A stretch of 64,000 nt of DNA, taken from Cyanophora paradoxa CCMP329. Its lineage: Eukaryota; Plantae; Glaucophyta. The stretch lies in the NCBI GenBank assembly GCA_004431415.1, contig QPMI01000459.1, forward strand, positions 121,963 through 185,962, given 5' to 3'. This document shows positions 24,778 to 36,700 of the stretch, in pieces (the first letter of the stretch is position 1; every line of letters begins with the position of its first letter). The notes beneath the pieces are model-generated. The model saw nothing but the letters and a program-made list of their open reading frames with translations. It was not told the origin of the DNA and did not search any database. Made by a program: the position numbers and the translations under genes.

Positions 24778-27122
24778 ATGCTCCGCGTTTTCACCAGCTG
24801 CGTAGAGAATTCGAAGGATACGGAAGAGCCCACGTTTTCTCCATCAAAGGTGCGGGATTTGCGCTGGTCATCGGAGAAGGCGCCGACCGCCGGCCGCGGC
24901 CGCGGGTTTATGCGGCCGGGCGCCGGCGTACGCCTATATAGCTATTGTCATCAAAAACAGCTATAGCTAGCGCTGCCGCGCTTTACTCGCGTCATATTAT
25001 AGCGCCTCTCGCGATCGTCGGCGCTAACGTTGAGTGGGCTGCTCGTAAACGTGGGCGCTGACCCCGGTCGCTGCTCCCTCTCTCTCGCGCGCGCAGACAT
25101 CACTCGCGTCGACGTCCGACAACGAGTCGGAGCTCCCGAGCCCGCCGCGCCCTTGGACTTCGCGATCGCTGGCGCCTGACGTCGACGCCGCGGCCGCCGA
25201 CGACTCCACCTTCGAGGACGTTTCCGCACACTTTGACGACGTCTTCACCGACGTCCCGTCGCCCGCCGCCTCCGCCTCCTCCCGCTCTTTCACGCCCCCG
25301 CCCCTCGCCCCCGAACCCGGCCGCCTAATGTACTCGCAAGCCTTCCCGGAGGGCGCGAACCCCAACTTTCCAGCATTCCTCAGCGCCTACGGCCAGCCGC
25401 CCAATCCGCAACAGCAGCCCGAGCGCGGCCCCTGCATCCCCGCCCTCACCAGCGCCCCCGGGCCCGCGCCTGTCGCCGCTTGCGCAGCCGGCGCCACCTC
25501 CTCTGGCCAGGGACGGGCCGACCCCTCGGCCGCAGAGATCTTCCCGGCCGGCCCCGCTTCCTTCGGATTACCCATGGCCATGGGCCCCGGTGGCTGGCCA
25601 TTCCACTCCTACTTCCTCGACGTCAGCTCCGCGGCCGGCCATAGCCAATTGCAAGGCCAGCAGCAGCAGCCTCGACGTGGCCAGGGGGATCTGCAGGTGC
25701 ACGCGGCGGCCGCTATGCTCTCCGGGGGCCGGCGCCCCGCGGCCGCATCGATATCGGGGTCCAGCAAGCAGCCTGCGCATGCATATGCAGCGTCGGTCGC
25801 GGCTTCGCAGCACTTGGATCTGGCGGCGGCCGGCGATCGCGAGCAGGAGCACGCGCACACGTTCGTGAAGCTCGCGACCTCCGCCGAGCAGCTGCTGCCG
25901 TGGCCGCCGCACGCGCAGCTCCTTGATCATGAGCAGCGCCGCCTGCCCCTCGAATTCCGGCAGCAGCTCGCCGCGCAGCTCCACTTCCAGCACCAGCAGC
26001 TCGAGCAGATGCAGCGGCAGCAGGCGGCCGCCGCCGCCGCGCATGCATATGCGCACGGGCGCGTGCACGCGGCGGTGAAGGCGGAGGGGCGGGGCTACGC
26101 GGAGGCCTCCTCGTCGAGCGCCTCGTTCCCTCGCGTCTTTGAGCCGCCCGTCGGCCACGCCGCCTCCGGATCCGGATCCTCCTCCCTCGCCCACGTCGCA
26201 GGCGACCTCTCCTGGCCGCCCCACCCCGCAGGCCCCTCCTCCTCGAGCTCCTCCGGATCCGCCTCGAGCCCGTCCAGCACGCGCGCCGTCGCCGCGCCCC
26301 GCAGCCAACCGCCCCGCCGGCGGGGGCGGGGGAGGAGGGGGCGGAGCTCGAGGTGGATGAAGGTGCGGAGGAGGAGGGGCGGCCGAGCGTGGGGTGGACG
26401 GCGGAGGAGCCGCGCAAGCTCCTCGCCCGCATGCGCCGCCACTTCAAGGTCCCCTCCGAGGAGGCCGTCAGGGCCATGGTGCGCCCGCCGGCCCGCAGCC
26501 CCGTCCCCGTTCGAATTCTAGATCTGATGACCGTGATCATGCATATGGCAGGGCCTGAGCGGCACGACGATGAAGCGGGTCTGCCGGCGCTGCGGGATCA
26601 AGCGCTGGCCCTTCCGCAAGTTCGACTCCCTGCGCCGCTGGGCCGCCGTGTGCGTGAGAGCTGACCATACGCGTGTGCGTTTCCCCCAGCGGTGGCTGAT
26701 GGCGGGGCGGGGCGGGGGCAGGGTTCGGGGGCTGGCGCACCTGCAGCAGACGGAACAGTGCCCGCCGATCACTGGCTTCAGCGAGGAGCACTACCTCGGC
26801 CTCATTGAGGGCCGCTCCCAGCAGATCATGGAGGACCCCAACACCTCGAGTGCGCCCCAGCCTCCAGGCCTATAGCTAGCTAGCCCCAGCCTCCAGGCCT
26901 ATAGCTAGCTACAGGCCTGTGACGCGCTGATGCTCACCGCGCTCGCGATCGGCAGTCGAGGACCTGGTGTGCTACCTCCGCAAGGAGCTCTTCAAGCGCG
27001 CCCTCGGTACCGGTGTCGCCGGCTCCGACGCGCCCTCCTCCGCCTCCAAGGCCGCCGGCCGCGAGAGCCAGCGCCGCATCGCAAAGGTGCACACCGTCGC
27101 GAGCTCGAGGCAGCTTGCATAG
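24778..27122 (+). CDS. RWP-RK domain transcription factor, RKD-like (spliced; apparent frameshifts near 26300-26350)
   Basis: MRRHFKVPSEEAVRAM / GLSGTTMKRVCRRCGIKRWPFRKFDSL, followed by QQIMEDPNTSIEDLVCYLRKELFK, which resembles the RKD C-terminal motif. Putative exon 1 (24778-24849) splices in frame to 25097; TAG at 27120-27122. Confidence 0.85.
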
Positions 27123-27464
27123 ATATCGATCCTTTTGCTTAAGCTTGCCTTCAAAAAATGGTTTACCGCTCCCCTGACTCTACATGTACATGCGCCGCCA
27201 TCAGATTTTTGCCGACGCGGGAATCAAGACTGACTGATACTACTACTCGATCACATGTACAACTACTATAACATAAACTGCTATATATATCATAGTATAT
27301 CATACTATATATCTGGTTTTCGCACACTGTGACAGGGGGGCGGCGGATTCGTGAAACGGATTGAAGATATCGATATATATTGGGCCAGAATTATTCCAAT
27401 CCCAAGTCGAGCCAAGCTGAAGTCGATCGAATTGGGGAAACCGTCTTTGCGCATGCATGCAGCT

Positions 27465-27965
27465 GTGTGCGCATGCATATGCATATGCGCATGCGTCACG
27501 GCGTCTAGATCTTCTCTAGATCTACAGCTATAGATATACGCTTGAGACGCTGACCGGCGCGGCGGCCGTGCTTCTCGGTACGTGCGAGGTCACTGAGTCA
27601 TGCGCATGCCTGATCATGCATGAGCTCGGATCGCACTCGAGGTTTGCGCTCGCCGAAAGGAGGAGGAATTTAATTCGGAGGAGGAATTCAATGCAGCTGG
27701 CCCGGCGCCCGGCCTCAATGCAGCTGGCCCGGCCCGGCAGCTGTCACAGTGTGCGCGCATGCATATGCATATGCGCATGCATATGCGTCACGGCGTCTTC
27801 TCTAGCTATATAGATCTATAGCTAGATGTACGCTTGAGACGCTGACCATATATGCATGCTTCTCGGCACGTGCGACGCCATGCCGCAGTGCCTGATCATG
27901 AGCTCGGATTGCACTCTCGGGGTTTGCATGCGCTCGCCGAAAGGAGGAGGAATTTAATTCGGATT
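27465..27965. repeat. Imperfect direct duplication (~220-bp units at ~27465-27680 and ~27750-27965)
   Basis: Shared blocks gcatgcatatgcatatgcgcatgc, cgcttgagacgctgacc and gctcgccgaaaggaggaggaatttaattcgga. Confidence 0.85.
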
Positions 27966-28041
27966 CGTGCATGCATGCGCATGCAGCTGGCCCGGCCTAA
28001 ATTTAAATCGCAAATTTGTCTCCTCTAGATCTGTATATATA

Positions 28042-31000
28042 CAAGATCCGTGCTCCTGCGGAGCACTAAGTACGGCGAAGCCTCGCGGACGCCCTCGCGG
28101 CTGTCACAGTAGGCCTATAGGGCACTCAGCGACTGGCCAGCGGCCTGGCCGATCGCGAACAGCTTTCTGGCTGGAAGCTGGCTGGCTGATCATGACGGCT
28201 AGTCCAGCTAGCGCTGGCCGGCTAGAGGATCGAATATTAATGTACTGAGGAAATAAAGGGTGGAGCAGATCTAGATTGAGAGGAGTTTATTTTTATAATA
28301 TTGTTGGGAAGGAGGCCCGGGAGGGGCGAGGTTCTCGCGGCCAGGCGCGTGCACAGAGCTTGCGAATCGCTTAAACAGAATCTCGAATGCATATAGCATC
28401 GATGTGCGGGGCTGCGGAGGCGAGGGCGCGCGGAAAGATGTGCAGGCGTGGCCAGGATCGAATTTTTGGCGTCGGCTGGGTTGTCGTGCGCTGTCGCGCC
28501 CGCAGAGCTCGCGGAAAGCAGCGGAGGCGAGGGCGCACGGAAATATGTGCAGGGCTGTGCAGGATCGCAAATTTGGCGTCGGCCGGGTTCTCGTGCTTTT
28601 TTGCGCCCACAGAGCTTGCGAAAGACTTTACAAAGCTCACAAATGAATACTGTAGCGATGGGCATGCAAGGGGATGCGACGGCGCGCGGAAAGATGTTCA
28701 GGTCCGTTCAGGATCGAATTTTCGGGGTCGGCTGGGTCCTCGCGGCCCGGCGCATACGGAAAGCATGCGGAAGGCTTTGCCTACATCTCAAATGCTTATG
28801 CTATTGTTCCGTGCATGCGCCGCGGCGTGGGCGCGCGGAAAGCTGTCCGGGCCTGTCCAGGATCGAATTTTTGCGTCGACTGCGTTCTCGTGCCCTGTCG
28901 CGCCCACAGAGGTTCCGGAAAGCATTTAAAAGATGTCAAAGAATATTGTAGCGATGCGCTCGCGTGAGGATGCGAGGGCGCGCGGAAAGATGTGCAGGTC
29001 CGTGAAGGATCGAATTTTCGGGGTCGGCTGGGTCCCCGCGGTCCGGCGCATCTGTAAAGCGTGCGGAATGCTTTGTCTACATCTCAAATGCTTATGCTAT
29101 CGTTCCGCGCATGCGCCGCGGCGCGGGCGCGCGGAAAGATCTCCGGGCCTGTCTAGGATCGAATTTTTGCCGTCGGGTACCTTCCTGCGCTGTTCCGGCC
29201 CCGAAAAGCGGATTTCGGGGGTGCGCAGGCCCTGCTATGTCTATGCGCGCTAGTACGCATCGATTGCGCGCGTCGCGGGACCGGGCGGAACCGGCCGGAT
29301 CAAATTTTCGGCCGACTCTCTGCACTGGAGCGTCGACGGCGCCCGAAATCGAGCTTGCGGCGATGCGCTCGCGCTCGCGCGCCGTTCTGTATCGTTCTGG
29401 GGCGTCCCTGGCGCGATTTCGTCGCGGGACCGGGCGGGACCGGGTCCCACCTTCTGACCCGGACTGCATTTGTCGGAGGTTAAGTACCGGAATTGATCCA
29501 GAGGGAAATTCGATTTTCGTGCGACGCCCACGGGCGAGCGGTCGTCTTAGGGGAGCCAGGACGCTAAAAATGGATCTAGAGAGGTCTGTGGGGGTTAGGG
29601 TAGCTGAGTCATTAGCGGCAATCGCGTCCGTGTCGAGGCAGAATTAATAATTCTGCCTCGAGGGAGTGCGACACGGAAATTATTTAGCAGGGGGGATCCG
29701 GGACCGGGTCCCACCTTCTGACCCGGACTGCATTTGTCGGAGGTTAAGTACCGGAATTGATCCAGAGGGAAATTCGATTTTCGTGCGACGCCCACGGGCG
29801 AGCGGTCGTCTTAGGGGAGCCAGGACGCTAAAAATGGATCTAGAGAGGTCTGTGGGGGTTAGGGTAGCTGAGTCATTAGCGGCAATCGCGTCCGTGTCGA
29901 GGCAGAATTAATAATTCTGCCTCGAGGGAGTGCGACACGGAAATTATTTAGCAGGGGGGATCTCGAGTGGAAAAAAAGGTTAAAAAAGGAATTAGGGTCG
30001 TCGGTTTTTGGGTTTGAGAAAGAGGCTTCGGGGGGATCCGGGACCGGGTCCCACCTTCTGACCCGGACTGCATTTGTCGGAGTTTAAGTACCGGAATTGA
30101 TCCAGAGGGAAATTCGATTTTCGTGCGACGCCCACGGGCGAGCGGTCGTCTTAGGGGAGCCAGGACGCTAAAATGGGATCTAGAGAGGTCTGTGGGGGTT
30201 AGGGTAGCTGAGTCATTAGCGGCAATCGCGTCCGTGTCGAGGCAGAATTAATAATTCTGCCTCGAGGGAGTGCGACACGGAAATTATTTAGCAGGGGGGA
30301 TCTTGAGTGGAAAAAAAGGTTAAAAAAGGAATTTCGGTCGTCGGTTTTTGGGTTTGAGACAAGATCCGTGCTCCTGCGGAGCACTAAGTACGGCGAAGCC
30401 TCGCGGACGCCCTCGCCGCTGTTACAGTAGGCCTATATATATAGGGCACTCAGCGACTGGCCAGCCTGGCAGCGGCCTGGCCGATCGCGAACAGCTTTCT
30501 GCAGCTGGCTGGAAGCTGGCTGGCTGACGGCCAGTCCAGCTAGCGCTGGCCGGCTAGAGGAATATTAATTTACTGAGGAACTAAAGGGTGGAGCAGATTG
30601 AGAAGAGATTAATTATAATATTGTTGGGAAGGAGGCCCGGGAGGGGCGAGGTTCTCGCGGCCAGGCGCATGCACAGAGCTTGCGAATCGCTTAAACAGAA
30701 TCTCGCGATCGAATGCATATAGCATCGATGTGCGGGGCTGCGGAGGCGAGGGCGCGCGGAAAGACGTGCAGGTCCATGCAGGATCGAATTTTCGGGGTCG
30801 GCTGGATTCTCGCGCCCTGTCGCGTCCTCGGAGCTCGCGAAAAGCTTAACAAAGATCTCAAATTACTATTGTAGCGATGCGCACGCGCGAGGATGCGAGG
30901 GCGCGCGGAAAGCTGTGCAGGTCCGTATACGTACAGGATCGAATTGTCGGGGTCGGCTGGGTCCTCGCGGCCCGGCGCATACGCAAAGCGTGCGGAAGTC

Positions 31001-32330
31001 TTTGCCTACATCTCAAATGCTTATGCTATTGTTCCGCGCATGCGCCGCGGCGTGGGCGCGCGGAAAGATGTCCGGGTCCGTGCAGGATCGAATTTTTGCC
31101 GTCGGCTGGGTTCTCGTGCTCTTTCGCGTCTTCGAAGCTTGTGGAAGGCTTTGATAAAATCTCAAATGAATATTGTAGCGATGCGCATGCGCGAGAATGC
31201 GAGGGCGTGCGGAAAGATGTTCAGGTCCGTCCAGGATCGAATTTTCGGGTCGGCTGGGTCCTCGCGGCCTGGTGCATTTAGAGACCGTGCGGAAGTCTTC
31301 TTCTACATCTAAAATGCATATGCTATCGTTCCGCGCATGCGCCGCGGCGTGGGCGCGCGGAAAGATCTCCGGGCCTGTCTAGGATCGAATTCTTGCCGTC
31401 GGGTATGTCCAGGATCGAATTTTTGCGTCGGCTGGGTTCTCGTGCCCTGTCGCGCCTGCAGAGCTTGCGAAAAGCTTTAAAAAGGAGTCAACTGAAAATT
31501 GTAGCGATGCGCTCGCGTGAGGATGCGAGGGCGCGCGGAAAGTTGTGCAGGTCCGTCCAGGATCGAATTTTCGGGGTCGGCTGGGTCCTCGCGGCCCGGC
31601 GCATTTAGAGACCGTGCGGAAGGCTTCTTCTACATCTCAAATGCTTATGCTATCGTTCCGCGCATGCGCCGCGGCGTGGGCGCGCGGAAAGATCTCCGGG
31701 CCTGTCTAGGATCGAATTTTTGCCGTCGGGTACCTTCCTGCGCTCTTCCGGCTCCGAAAAGCGGATTTCGGGGGTGCGCAGGCGCTGCTATGTCTATGCG
31801 CGCCCGTAAGCATCGATTGCGCGCGTCGCGGGACCGGCCGGAACCGGCCGGATCAAATTTTCGGCCGACTCTTCGCACTGGAGCGTCGACGGCGCGCGAA
31901 ATCGGGTTTGCGGCGATGCGCTCGCCCTCGCGCGTCATTCTGTATCGTTCTGGGGCGTCCCTGGCGCGATTTTGTCGCGGGACCGGGCGGGACCGGGTCC
32001 CACCTTCTGACTCGGACTGCGTTTGTCGGAGGTTAAGTATCGGAATTGATCCAGAGGAATATTCGATATTCGCGCGACGCCCACGGGAGAGCGGTCGTCT
32101 TAGGGGAGCCAGGACGCTAAAAATGGCTGTGTGGGAGTTCGGGCAGCTGTGTAGTCTAGAGCAATCGCGTCGGTGTCGAGGCAGAATTAATAATTCGTCC
32201 TCGAGGGAGTGCGACACGGAAATTATTTAGCAGGGGGGATCTCGAGTGGAAAAAAAGGTTAAAAAAGGAATTCCGCTCGTCGGTTTTTGGGTTTGAGAAA
32301 GAGGCTTCGCCTGAAAGAGGCTTCGCCTGA
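28042..32330 (-). mobile_element. Two head-to-tail copies of a non-autonomous Helitron-like element (28042-30359, 30360-32330) with internal subrepeats
   Basis: On the minus strand it starts A|TC at 32330 and ends with hairpin GTGCTCC-GCA-GGAGCAC plus GGATCTTG|T at 28042. No TSD; AT target; 11-bp subterminal inverted repeat GGCGAAGCCTC; direct CTTG|TC junction at 30360/30359. Many gcgcgcggaaag..caggatcgaatttt subrepeats. Confidence 0.7.
29437..30300. repeat. Three near-identical ~264-bp repeats within Helitron-like copy 1
   Basis: ggaccgggtcccaccttctgacccggactgc... recurs at ~29437, ~29701 and ~30041. The identical ORF start lies at 29531 and 29795. Confidence 0.9.
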
Positions 32331-32357
32331 TATAGCTAGCGATTCTATTTTGCCGGG

Positions 32358-33558
32358 ATGCTTCGCGCCGCCGTCCGCCTGCACGCCCGCGGGGCTGCAA
32401 TCATGATCGCGAGCGATGCCGTCTCATCGGCAATCGCAAAATCGAAATTCACAGCAGCAGCTCGAGCTCCATCGATCGCGGCGGCGCGAGCTCATGCGCA
32501 CGCAGGAGGATTTCACGGCCCTCGCACCCTCTGCGCCGGCGCCGGCCGCAATGAGGAGGATCGGGGCTCCGGGCGCGGGGCGCCCCCGCCCCGCCTCGAA
32601 TTCCGTCTCATTCCATCGCTGGCCCTCGGCATCGGGGCTGCGGCGTGCACCTTCGCGGCTGCGGAGGACGCTGAGGTGCAAAAGGAGGAGCCAGCGCCGG
32701 CGCCGGCCCCCGTGGAGCTCGGCGTGCCGGAGCTCCGGCACCGAATGATCGAGCACCGCACCCTGTCTGCAATCAAGGCGTCCGAGAGATCTTCGAAATT
32801 CAAAGGTGCGAAACTATTAACGCCTGCGAGGTATGCGACATACGAGTGCGTATATTCGAGCTGGCTGTGACGCGCGCAGACGCCGAGCTCGCGTCCATCG
32901 ATGTAGAGGGGGCGAGAGACGGCGGCGTCTCGCTCCGGTTCGTCCCGCCAGTCGGCCACGTGAACTCGGAGAATTCGGTGGCGGGGATCGATTCCGGCGT
33001 GCTGGCCGCGGCATTCGGCGAGCTTCGGGACGCCTCCGACGCACGAATGAAGGTCATGAAGAGCCGGGGCAAGGGTGGGCCCGATCCGGCTTCACTTGAT
33101 CTCTGCGGTGCGTCTTTTTCGAGTTCTGCAAGTACTTGGATGCCTCGACTCAAATTATTAATTTATCGCGATTTCTGCTTCAGATTTCTGAAAATTCAAA
33201 GCTGAAGTACACGCGCGCGCAGTGAAGGAGCTTGTGATGGAGAGTCGACCCGATGGAGAGTATACGTACTTCGACTGCCGCAAGCTGGACCTGGCGGCGC
33301 GCTACCCGGACGCCTGGGGGCGCCCCCAGGGCCTCTGCCTCCGCGTCTTCGCCTGCATCACGCAGACGGGCGTCGAGCGCTTCGTCGAGCTGCGCACCTG
33401 TGCGCACGCCCTGCCAGCACTTCGCGCAAGTTAATTAATATTCCCATTGCAATTGAAATTCCGCGCGCGCGTGCGCAGGCGGGGAGGGCCGCATGAGCGA
33501 GCGCGAGGCGTCGCTCTTTGCGAACATCTACGACGCGGCGCACGGCCTGGGCGCTTGA
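32358..33558 (+). CDS. Hypothetical spliced protein with a possible mitochondrial presequence
   Basis: MLRAAVRLHARGAA N-terminus. In-frame splice aaag|gtgcg ... cgcgcag|acgcc gives KFK-DAELASID; later exons VKELVMESRPDGEYTYFDC and MSEREASLFANIYDAAHGLGA*. No domain recognised. Confidence 0.55.
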
Positions 33559-33701
33559 ACTGCAGCTGACTGCAGCTGCTAAAAAGCGCACGTCTACCGC
33601 GAGCTTGTGAACTTCTTATATGTATCGATATCGTAGTCTATAGCTACTGGAGCCTTGGGGGAGGCCGGGCTCGCGATCGCAGGGGGCCGCGGGCCCCGTG
33701 G

Positions 33702-36700
33702 CTAGAGGAAGATCTGGGGGAGGAGGGCGGCGGCGGCGGTGCGGGCGAGGCGGTTGACGCCCCGCAGCGCCTTGATGTGCTCCTCGTCCTCCTCCACCGG
33801 CTGCGGGGCGGGAGGGAGGGCGGGGCGGGGCGGGGCGGTCAGATCCAGTTCAGGGCGGCAGGGCGGCCCTCAGGAGGCAGGGCGGCAGCGGTCAGCGAGT
33901 TCAGTGAGGCGGCAGGGCGGCCCTAATTGAAGGGCGCGCTGGACTGGCCGGACTCTTGTAATTATAAACTTAGGATCTTAAAATGTTGAAGCTAAGGAAG
34001 ATATTCTGCGAGGGCGCACGGAATCTTATTATTCGGGGAAACAACTAATTATAAACTTGGGATCTCGAACTCTCAAGCTTAAGCCAAGAATTCTCTTCAA
34101 GGCCCGCCGGACTGGAGCCGGACTCTTATTATAAACTTAGGATCTTAAACGCTTTAAGCCAAAAATTCTCTGCAAAGGCGCACGATGATCTCGGCGCGCT
34201 GGCCCTGCCCCAGGCGCTCGACCACCATGTTCGCCGCCTCCAGGCCTGTGACGTACGCCTGCGGCGAAAAGGGGGGTACGTGGGCGAGGGGCGTAGGAGG
34301 GGGTACGGGCAGGGTGGGGTACCTTCTCCTGGCTCCACGAGCCGTGCCGGTTGACGATCCCTGCGAAAAACGAAGCGGAGCAGCTGGGCTCGGAAGGACG
34401 AAGAAGGAAGGAGGGGGGAGGAAGGGGAGGGGGGTACTACGGTACGCACAGTCGCCGGACATGAAGAGGTTGGGGTATGAGGTGCGGGCGGGGAGCAGGT
34501 GTTGGTACATGCCTGCGCACGAAGCCGCCCGTGAGCCTCGGACCCAGAAGCACTAGATCTAATTTCAGAGGAACAGTCAACTCTAGATCGTGAGCTTGAT
34601 CACATCTAATCCAAACGTTGGGCTAAGTTCGCGCTCGGTGGATCGGACCGGGGGCAAAGTGGGTCACGGCGCGGGGCAGACGGATCACCGCCGAGTCCAA
34701 GACCTGCGCCCCGACCCCGCGTTGGGTGCGGGGCGAACTGGGGTACGAGGTTCAAGTGGGGGGGTACGTGGGCACCCGCGCGTCCCGGAACTCGGGGATG
34801 CACTGGCCGAGGTACCCCTGCACCGTCTTGACGACCTGCGCCCCGGGGACGGGTCAGAGGAGAGTGGGAGGGGGAGAGGGAAAGGGGGAGGGAGGAGGGG
34901 CGGGGCAGCTAGCCGGGAAGCCAAGGAATTCTATCAACAAATTGAAGCTCTCTATCAACGAAATCCATAGCAGCTCGGGGCGGGGCGGGGCGGGCCTCGT
35001 CGTCGGACATAGCGATGAACTGGTTGGCGTGGTAGAAGTCCGCCTCCACCACCTGCCGGGCCCCCGGGGTCAGGCCGGCGGGGGCGAGCAGCGCTCTAAC
35101 GGCTCGAGCTCGTCGAGGGGCGGGGGGCGGGCTCGCCTGGCCGGTCTCGTTGCGGAACTCGTCGTGCAGCGCGTTCAGGTCGAAGAAGGTCCTGCACGGC
35201 CGCGCAAGTGAGCTCGAGACCGAGCGGAGGGGAGGAGCGGGGCGGGGCGGGGCGGGGCGAAGCTCAACCTTAGCTCCGGCCGGTGCTTAACTACTAAGCC
35301 TAGCTAGTAGCGACTGGGGCGGGGCGGGGCGGGGCGGGGCGGGGTGGGGCGGGGCGGGCGGACCAGCCGGTGGTGTTGTCGAAGCCGAAGCAGGCGTTGG
35401 AGGGGAGCGGCACGTCCACCTTGCGGTCGAACCAGATGCGCACCGCCAGAACGTCCACCGCCTGCTCCGCCGCCCCGCGTGAGGCGGGGCGGGGCGGGGT
35501 GGAAAAGGTCCTGAGGAAGCTCAATCTGGCCTAGGGGACGGGGGCTGAAGGCGGGCGGGGGCCGGGGGGTCCCAAAGGCTCAATCTGGCCTAGGGGACGA
35601 CGGGGCCCGACGGGCGGGAGGGGGCGGGCCTGGAGGTTGGCGGTGCCGCGGAACTCGCGGCGGGACTGCAGCGCCGCGCTCGACTGCACGATCTTCTGCA
35701 GCGCCGAGATCCCCACCTGGGCAAGGGGGGAAGGAATCTCATCAGGAAAGGAGGAAGAAGAACAGACGGGGGAGTGGGTGGGTGGGGGGTACCGCCGAGA
35801 CGACGGCGTCGCACTCGATGACGTCGGCGCCGCCGTTGCAGACGACCGCATCGACCTCCCCGCTCCCGTTCACCCGCAGGTCCGAGACCTGGGGGAGAGA
35901 GGTCAAGGAGGGGTACGGGAAGGATCTGGGAGGGGTAGGGGTACGCACCCGCATGCCGGTCAGGACGCGGCCGCCCTCGCGCTCGATCGCCTGCGGGGGT
36001 ACGTGAGTGGGAGGGAAAGGGAGAATCATGGGGGGAGGGTACGCGGAGACTCGCCTGCTTGAGGGGGGCGAAGATCTCCTCGCCGACGGTACCCCGGCAC
36101 CAGACGACGTCTGCGCCGGGGAGAGTCGGGGGGATACGGGAAACCAGAGGCGGGGTACGGGGTACCGAAATCGGCCTGGTGGGCCAGGATGAAGTAGTAG
36201 AGCATTCCTGGGAGGGGTACACGGTTGAGAGAAATGCAAAGGTGCGCAAGAGCAGAGGGCACCGAGGGCGGCGGCGGCGGAGCAGGCCTCGCCGGGGGCG
36301 AACAGGCCGACGAGCAGCATAGGCTCGAACGCCTCCTTGTACAGCCGCTCCGTGCACCCGTACATCTGATCGGATCGGATCAGATCGGATGCGATCTGAT
36401 ATGATCTGATCTGAATCCGATGCGGTCTGAGCACCTTGAAGAGCTCGCGCGCCGTCATGTTGTCGTACCTCCTCCACTGGGGGTACGTGAGATTCGGGGG
36501 GATGCGGTACGGAGGAGGGGGGCACTGGGACGCACGGCGTCATCGGAGTTGTCGAAATCGACAACGGCGTAGAGGAGGGGTAGGGCGGAGAGGCGGTCCG
36601 CGAGGGGTAGCCGCTTGAACTTCGTGTCTGGGGGTGCGCAGAACGACTTCAGTTTGGGGAGGAGAGGGAGGAAGGGCGGGTACGCGCACAGATGAAGGTG

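Noticed and set aside
28400-31700. Regularly recurring caggatcgaatttt / gcgcgcggaaag repeats as a CRISPR-like array
   Set aside because: The intervening sequences are themselves homologous subrepeats, the context is eukaryotic, and there are no cas genes.
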